Shown piece after piece: positions 58,177 to 64,000 of a DNA stretch of 64,000 nucleotides. The position numbers and the translations under genes are program-made. Every line of letters begins with the position of its first letter. Positions within the stretch are counted from its first letter, which is position 1. The DNA lies in contig OZ220744.1 of assembly GCA_965116925.1 (NCBI GenBank), forward strand, positions 3,808,001-3,872,000. Direction: 5' to 3'. The notes below the pieces were generated by a model, which saw only the letters and a program-made list of their open reading frames with translations, was not told where the DNA came from and did no database searches. The stretch is from Candidatus Poribacteria bacterium. GTDB taxonomy: Bacteria; Poribacteria; WGA-4E; PCPOR2b.

Positions 58177-59322
58177 ATGAAGATTGTAGATATAAAAACC
58201 CAAACATTCAAATATCAGACGAACCAGGTTAGGGACTCAGAGGGCCACGGACATCCTGGGCCCGAACATGACGCAACTCAAACGCTGCTAACGATTGTTA
58301 CCGACGAAGGCTTGGAGGGTTACGCCTTTGGTGGCAGCCCCGCCATCGTGGAGCAAATTTTCAAGCCTGCGCTGGTTGGGGAAGATCCATTCTATCGTGA
58401 AAAACTATGGCAACGGCTCAAGCACTGGCAGCGCATCCATCGAAACCTCACAGACAACGTGATCGGTGTAGCGGACATGGCGTTATGGGATCTCGCGGGT
58501 CGCTGCTTTGGTCAGCCGGTCTATAAGCTGCTGGGAGGCTATCGAGACAAAGTCCTCGCCTACGCCAGCACCATGTGCGGTGACGAAGAGCCGGACGGGC
58601 TTAGCAGCCCAGATGACTATGCTCGGTTCGCGGAGTGGTGCATACAGCGTGGCTACAAGGCGATCAAGCTGCACACTTGGATGCCACCTATTCCGTGGGC
58701 TCCTGACCCCAAGATGGATGTCAAAGCGTGTGCTGCCGTGCGAGAGGCGGTCGGTGACGATGTTCCTCTGATGTTGGACTGCTACCATTACTACAGTCGA
58801 GAACAGGCACTCTATATCGGCAGGGAACTTGAGAAGCTCAACTACTACTGGTTTGAGGAGCCGATGGATGAACACAGTACCTCTTCTTATGCGTGGCTGG
58901 CAGAACAGTTGGATATCCCGGTTGTGGGTCCCGAAACCGCTGAGGGAAAGATGTTCACCAGAGCGGAGTGGATTCTGCGCGGTGCTGCGGATATCCTGCG
59001 GGGCGGCGTGGGAGATGTGGGAGGGATTACACCGTTGATGAAAGTTGTGCATCTGGCAGAGTCGTTTGGCATGGCGATGGAGGTACACGGCGGCGGCGGT
59101 GGAAATCTCCATGTGTTAGGCGCGATGGGTATCCCCGGTGAATTCTACGAGCGGGGCCTCCTCCACCCGTTTATCGACTATGATGAGGTCGAGCCTTGGC
59201 TGCATTCAAAGATTGACGCTATGGACGATGAGGGATATGTCCATTTGCCGCAGGGACCGGGGCTAGGCTACGACATCAATTTCGATTACATCGAAGAAAA
59301 TGCTGTCGAGAGCGGACAATAA
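58177..59322 (+). CDS. Mandelate racemase/muconate lactonizing enzyme family protein
   Basis: DMALWDLAG, GYKAIKLH, LMLD, WFEEP, GGITPLMK, PQGPGLG. Confidence 0.9.
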   Translation: MKIVDIKTQTFKYQTNQVRDSEGHGHPGPEHDATQTLLTIVTDEGLEGYAFGGSPAIVEQIFKPALVGEDPFYREKLWQRLKHWQRIHRNLTDNVIGVADMALWDLAGRCFGQPVYKLLGGYRDKVLAYASTMCGDEEPDGLSSPDDYARFAEWCIQRGYKAIKLHTWMPPIPWAPDPKMDVKACAAVREAVGDDVPLMLDCYHYYSREQALYIGRELEKLNYYWFEEPMDEHSTSSYAWLAEQLDIPVVGPETAEGKMFTRAEWILRGAADILRGGVGDVGGITPLMKVVHLAESFGMAMEVHGGGGGNLHVLGAMGIPGEFYERGLLHPFIDYDEVEPWLHSKIDAMDDEGYVHLPQGPGLGYDINFDYIEENAVESGQ

Positions 59323-59372
59323 ACGCGCCATGCCGAAGCCTGTTTCCACCAATTGAAGGGAAAACCGTACCC

Positions 59373-60083
59373 ATGAAACTCGAAAACCAAGTTGCAATTA
59401 TCACCGGCGGTGGACGCGGAATTGGCAGATCAACTGCGCTCGCCTTTGCACAGGAAGGTGCAGATCTGGTGCTTGCGGCGCGAACGCTCTCAGAGATTGA
59501 AGCCGTCGCAGGCGAGGTCTCTGCACTCGGTCGGCAAGTCCTTGCAATACCAACGGACGTAACGCAAAAATCGCAGGTGGACGCGATGGTGCAACGGACG
59601 CTCGACAGATTCGGCAAGGTTGATATTCTTGTCAGCAACGCGGGCGTTGCGATCCACAACCCGATTCCCAAGATTCGTGAGGAGGATTGGGATCTCAATA
59701 TCGCCGTTAACCTCAAAGGCGTCTTTCTCTGCACGCAGGCAGTGTTCAGCCACATGTGCGAGCAGAAGTCCGGGCACATCGTCAACGTCTCGTCGGTCTC
59801 CGGCAAATTTGGGCACCCCAACGGCGGGGCGTACTGCGCCTCTAAATTTGGCGTTGTCGGTTTCACCGAGACCACGAATAACGAAGGACGTCCACACGGT
59901 GTCAAAGCGAGTGTGGTGTGTCCGGGACCTGTTGACACCAAGATGCGTCGAGATAATCACCCGGCGGATGTCATCGAGCATCTAACCTTGCCAGAAGAGG
60001 TCGCAGATTTAATCCTGTTTCTCGTTTCGCAGTCCCCACGTGCTCACATTCTTGAGACAGTTATTCGGACGCCACTGATGTAA
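59373..60083 (+). CDS. SDR family oxidoreductase
   Basis: TGGGRGIG, NAG, YCASK. Confidence 0.95.
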   Translation: MKLENQVAIITGGGRGIGRSTALAFAQEGADLVLAARTLSEIEAVAGEVSALGRQVLAIPTDVTQKSQVDAMVQRTLDRFGKVDILVSNAGVAIHNPIPKIREEDWDLNIAVNLKGVFLCTQAVFSHMCEQKSGHIVNVSSVSGKFGHPNGGAYCASKFGVVGFTETTNNEGRPHGVKASVVCPGPVDTKMRRDNHPADVIEHLTLPEEVADLILFLVSQSPRAHILETVIRTPLM

Positions 60084-60099
60084 AAACCGAGGAGGGCAA

Positions 60100-60543
60100 A
60101 TGGTAATTCGTCTACTCAGTATCTGCATTCTGGTTCTGTGTGTTTCGTCGTGGGACTGGGCATCCGTACCGGAGGAGGCTGCGGACCTCACTTTTATCTT
60201 GCGTGCGAATCCGATCCAAATCTCACATCAAAAACAGGAAGCCATCCCGTTCAATCCCAGAGAATCAACACCGATCCGTCTATTTTCGACTGGGCTTATT
60301 CGTATTTACCAGAAATATATCTCGACGCAAGATCTACCCGCCTGCAACTTCTCCCCGAGTTGCTCCCGATTCGGGATGGGGGCAATCCAAAAATACGGCT
60401 TCTCTCGCGGTGTACTGTTGGCTGCTGACCGTCTGCTGCGGGATAATGGAATGGCACTGCACACGCACTACCCCTTTGACGAAATAAGCGGCAAGTACAT
60501 TGATCCGGTTGAGGGATACTCACGGGAGGCGCTGACAAAATGA
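60100..60543 (+). CDS. YidD-like (membrane protein insertion efficiency factor/haemolytic domain) protein with N-terminal signal
   Basis: IRIYQKYIS...CNFSPSCSRF...AIQKYG...DRLLR. Confidence 0.8.
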   Translation: MVIRLLSICILVLCVSSWDWASVPEEAADLTFILRANPIQISHQKQEAIPFNPRESTPIRLFSTGLIRIYQKYISTQDLPACNFSPSCSRFGMGAIQKYGFSRGVLLAADRLLRDNGMALHTHYPFDEISGKYIDPVEGYSREALTK

Positions 60544-61415
60544 TTTGTCGTCACGCCGTTTTTCTCGCCGCGCTCTGCTGCGTCTTTCCCGCATTGATGG
60601 CAATTGCAGACACCCCCCCAATTGATTATTATCAACCTGAAAATATCCGCAAGTTTGCAGATTATCTCTACGCTCAAGGCGACTACCTCCGTGCAGCGGG
60701 TGAGTATCAGCGTTACCTCTTTTCTCAGCCGACTACTTTGGGGGATGAGGTTTTACGCCGAATCGCCGATAGCTATCGTTTGGGTGGCCAGCCTGAACGC
60801 GCCGTTCAATTCCTCGAAACGCTTCTCCAAACGCAGCCCAATTCCAATTTAGCACGATATGAGCTAGGGGCAACCTATTTCCTAATGGAACAGTACGACG
60901 AATCTGCGCGCTTTCTCAAGGAAACACAGGATCTATTTCAGGGAGAAGAGTATCGCTGGAAGTCACAGATACTGATTGGCATGAACAAACTGATGCAAAA
61001 ACGGTGGGAGAATGCTATCCAACACTTCGACCAGTTTGACTTGAGTGGATTGCCAGAAGTTGTTGGTCACCGTGCGTCAACCTACAAAGGATACGCTGAA
61101 AAGGGGAGAACCCTTCCGTCCAAAAGTCCACTGTTGGCGGGATTCCTGTCCACGGTCTTGCCCGGCAGCGGCAGGGTTTATGTAGGACGCTCTAGCGATG
61201 CGCTGCTCACTGTGTTCCTGTTGGGAGTGTTGGGGTGGGCGGCTTACGACGGGTTTGCCGAAAACGGCGTTTCGTCGCGTAAAGGTTGGACGTTTGGCAC
61301 ACTTGGGGGTATTTTCTATCTCGGCAATATCTACGGCTCTGTCGTCGCCGCACAGACCCATAACCGGCGAACGGAAGCAGCATTTTTGGCAACAATCCCG
61401 CTTGAGATTCCGTAG
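60540..61415 (+). CDS. TPR protein with C-terminal TM2/DUF5683-like segment
   Basis: GDYLRAAGEYQRY TPR; LSTVLPGSGRVYVG; paralog of 20863-21738. Confidence 0.7.
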   Translation: MICRHAVFLAALCCVFPALMAIADTPPIDYYQPENIRKFADYLYAQGDYLRAAGEYQRYLFSQPTTLGDEVLRRIADSYRLGGQPERAVQFLETLLQTQPNSNLARYELGATYFLMEQYDESARFLKETQDLFQGEEYRWKSQILIGMNKLMQKRWENAIQHFDQFDLSGLPEVVGHRASTYKGYAEKGRTLPSKSPLLAGFLSTVLPGSGRVYVGRSSDALLTVFLLGVLGWAAYDGFAENGVSSRKGWTFGTLGGIFYLGNIYGSVVAAQTHNRRTEAAFLATIPLEIP

Positions 61416-61431
61416 AGGGGTTCCGGTTGTT

Positions 61432-62529
61432 TTACCGCCTATATTCAAGCAACGTTGCCCCTGTGGTGCGGTTAAAGAGATGTACCTTGGTGGACTTAAA
61501 ACGGATTGGCACACTGTCGCCGCGGTCCATGCGGGCGTCGGGGTGGGTTCGCGCCTTAAAAGTCACGCCCTCCAATTCCAAGGTAAGAAACAGATCGCTG
61601 CCCAACGGTTCTCGTACCACAACGTTGGCTTGGGCGGTGGGTGATTCGCTCGGCAACACCTCGATATCTTCCGGACGTACCCCGAGCTGTACCTCTGCCG
61701 AATCGTTCTCAATCAAGCGTTGTGTCTGTCCCGGCGTAAATTCACATGTATATCCCTGCCCCTTTACCAGCCACTGATCTCCACCGTTTTGCAGCTGACC
61801 GTCGAAGAAATTCATCGGCGGACTTCCAACAAAGCCAGCGATGAAGGCATTGGCAGGTTGATTGTAGATTTCTTCGGGCGTCCCCAACTGCTGGAGTTTG
61901 CCTTCATTAAGCACCACAATCCGATCCGACATAATGAGCGACTCGGCTTGGTCGTGCGTGACATAGACAAATGTTTTTTCCAATTCAGCGTGCAGCCGTT
62001 TGAGTTCGGTGCGCATTGTCACACGCAATTTAGCGTCGAGATTTGAGAGCGGTTCGTCGAGCAGGAACACATGTGCATTCCGGACGATGGCACGCGCTAA
62101 TGCCACGCGTTGTCGTTGCCCACCACTGAGTTCACGCGGCTTCCTCTTGAGCAGGTGGTCGATCTCCATTGCCTTCGCTGCATCCTGTACAAGTTGTTCA
62201 ATCTCATCAGCCGGTGTACGGCGCATCCGCAAGCCAAAGGCGATGTTATCGTAAACCCGCATGTGTGGGTATAGCGCGTAGGTTTGAAAAACCATTGCGA
62301 TATCACGCCGTTCGGGTGGAACATTTGTCACGTCGTCGTCGTCGAAGAACACCCGTCCGCTTGTTGGGTCTTCCAAGCCCGCGATAATGTTTAACGTCGT
62401 GGTCTTGCCACAACCCGACGGTCCCAGCAACGTCAAAAATTCGCGATCGACAATTTCAAGGGTTAGGTCGTCTACCGCGACGACATCTCCGAAGTGTTTC
62501 GTAAGATGTTCAATAACAACTTTTGCCAA
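61432..62529 (-). CDS. Sugar ABC transporter ATP-binding protein (MalK/UgpC type)
   Basis: GPSGCGKTT, LSGGQRQR, DEPLSNLDA, FIAGFVGSP. Confidence 0.95.
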   Translation of the reverse strand: MAKVVIEHLTKHFGDVVAVDDLTLEIVDREFLTLLGPSGCGKTTTLNIIAGLEDPTSGRVFFDDDDVTNVPPERRDIAMVFQTYALYPHMRVYDNIAFGLRMRRTPADEIEQLVQDAAKAMEIDHLLKRKPRELSGGQRQRVALARAIVRNAHVFLLDEPLSNLDAKLRVTMRTELKRLHAELEKTFVYVTHDQAESLIMSDRIVVLNEGKLQQLGTPEEIYNQPANAFIAGFVGSPPMNFFDGQLQNGGDQWLVKGQGYTCEFTPGQTQRLIENDSAEVQLGVRPEDIEVLPSESPTAQANVVVREPLGSDLFLTLELEGVTFKARTHPDARMDRGDSVPIRFKSTKVHLFNRTTGATLLEYRR

Positions 62530-62589
62530 AGAATCCCTCCTGTCCCCTAAAAAGTTCGTCCGAATTACTTCAATTTTTCAGACCTCAAT

Positions 62590-63375
62590 CTATTGGGTTT
62601 TTCTTTTTATTTCACTCCACATTGTTGCCAGTTTTCGCCGCGGTTGTACAGCGGCAGGAGCATCGTATTTTACCTCAAAATCGTCAAAGCGAATAATGTT
62701 GCCAAATCCCGATGACAGATAGATTGTTCCTTCAGTATAACGAACGTCCCTCAAACCCAGTATCTGTTCCTCATTGACAAAAACTCGGAATAAATTTGCA
62801 TCTGCAACAACTCTAAAACGATACCACTCACCCATTTTGACATCAAACGGTGAAAACCTCAGCAACTCATTCTCTATGAAGACGCCCCTAATAAAACCCT
62901 CTGCATTTACCGCCACCCGTTCTATATGCCAAATTGATGCTCCAACACCCCACTCTCCCTCGGTGTTTTGGCCAATAAAAAAATAGTAACCTAAGTCACT
63001 CAGCGATCGTGGATCTTGTAACTTATCGTCCTTTACAAGCCCGAGGAACTTTTCAGTTGAATGCCCACGAAGTCCAATTCCTGCTCCATTAGCAACAATC
63101 GGCTGAAACAAGAAAAGCTCGAGTCTCACAGACACCGTTACATCATAATCGCTAGCGGGCATCCCTTTAAGGGGTAACAAAACGAGAGTGGTGCTGTCCG
63201 GTTGGGGAGGCGGGACACCTGCAATCAATTCACCATCTTCAATAGCTACCGTCTGATGATCCTCGCTAATCACCCACCCCTCCAAATCCAAATTGTTGAA
63301 ATCATGCCGAAGTACCTCTGCTGATGCCGATGATACCAGTAATGTTAACATTAACAGAACGGTTCCTCGTTTCAC
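62590..63375 (-). CDS. Secreted concanavalin/DUF1080-like protein with C-terminal AVQPRRKLATMWSEIK motif
   Basis: GTG start, signal peptide, GEWYRFRVV...VFVNEEQI...FDDFEV beta-sandwich motifs. Confidence 0.65.
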   Translation of the reverse strand: MKRGTVLLMLTLLVSSASAEVLRHDFNNLDLEGWVISEDHQTVAIEDGELIAGVPPPQPDSTTLVLLPLKGMPASDYDVTVSVRLELFLFQPIVANGAGIGLRGHSTEKFLGLVKDDKLQDPRSLSDLGYYFFIGQNTEGEWGVGASIWHIERVAVNAEGFIRGVFIENELLRFSPFDVKMGEWYRFRVVADANLFRVFVNEEQILGLRDVRYTEGTIYLSSGFGNIIRFDDFEVKYDAPAAVQPRRKLATMWSEIKRKTQ

Positions 63376-63423
63376 AGAAAATTACCTATCCTTTCTTCCG
63401 TCGGCTTTATTTTCGATGGTTAC

Positions 63424-63643
63424 TATAGTGGATCTTAGAATTAATGAGACACGCCAAACCGGTGCGGTTACATGAAAATTAAAAAAATAATTCGGTAATT
63501 TGCTAGCGATGCCGGCGCGGTTGAAAACCGCGCCTACCGTATGTTTCGAGGAAAATAGGGATTACCGATTTAAATACTTAAACTTCATAAAACCGCACCT
63601 ACCGGGGGGCAAAAGTGTCTATTTATTTTTTGAATTCACTATA
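63424..63643 (+). mobile_element. TATAG-ended MITE, long form with one nested 117-bp element
   Basis: Outer ends as at 36358; inner element 63472-63588 sits in the loop of the GGTGCGGTT/AACCGCACC hairpin. Confidence 0.85.
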
Positions 63644-63678
63644 AGTATCAACCGTCAGCCGCTTTTCCTTTTGTAAAG

Positions 63679-64000
63679 CTATCCCGTCACCGCACCACCA
63701 ATGCCGTGAATAATGAATCGCTGGAAGATGAATGCGAGGATAATCGGTAGGAGTACTACCAAAACCCCACCGGCGGCGATGATTGTGAAGTCGATCTGTA
63801 ACTCCTGTGCAAAGTCTGATGCTACCACGGTTACAGGCTTTGAAAATATGGTGGAGGTGAACAAGAGGGCAAAGAAAAATTCGCCCCACGACGAGATGAA
63901 GGAGAAAATGCCCACCGCGATCATACCGGGCGTCGTTACTGGCAGGAACACACGGAACAGTGCACCGAGACGGGAACAGCCATCGACCCGCGCCGCACGT
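63679..64000 (-). CDS. Carbohydrate ABC transporter permease (3' part; starts beyond the window)
   Basis: AARVDGCSR EAA-loop remnant, FISSWGEFFFA, FQRFIIHG. Confidence 0.88.
   Translation of the reverse strand, partial: RAARVDGCSRLGALFRVFLPVTTPGMIAVGIFSFISSWGEFFFALLFTSTIFSKPVTVVASDFAQELQIDFTIIAAGGVLVVLLPIILAFIFQRFIIHGIGGAVTG

Overview
Bacterial genomic window of about 50% GC. The gene repertoire suggests Candidatus Poribacteria (inference): FG-GAP proteins ending in 'LLQNFPNPFNPETWIPY' FlgD/T9SS-like tails, LamG proteins with a 'VEPxGKxxTxWGxIK' C-terminus, PhyH dioxygenase, and many Gfo/Idh/MocA and enolase-family sugar enzymes. About 51 CDS; no rRNA, tRNA or CRISPR array was seen. Highlights: (1) 1-9482 is a co-oriented locus: Ig/FlgD-tailed surface protein, PorV-like barrel fused to a Cys-His-Glu transglutaminase-like domain, FecR-like protein with a catalytically dead copy of that domain, CHASE2 histidine kinase, NtrC-type activator with an altered GAFTGA loop, then paired enhancer-like palindromes and a consensus sigma54 -24/-12 promoter before an alternative sigma70 gene. 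It is a candidate trans-envelope signalling and sigma cascade. (2) Three tandem mosaic FG-GAP paralogs and a recurring short C-terminal motif that may be a sorting signal. (3) An IS608-like, TnpB-only element with a readable TAM and guide, a left end apparently overwritten into a perfect palindrome, and a pseudoknotted 5' leader. (4) Several non-autonomous repeats: TATAG-ended MITEs with a second MITE nested in their REP hairpin, AGGACTTACGCA-ended MITEs, an AGGGCAATCG-ended MITE with a 10-bp duplication, and GTAG-type REPs. All product calls come from motif recognition by eye; no database search was run.
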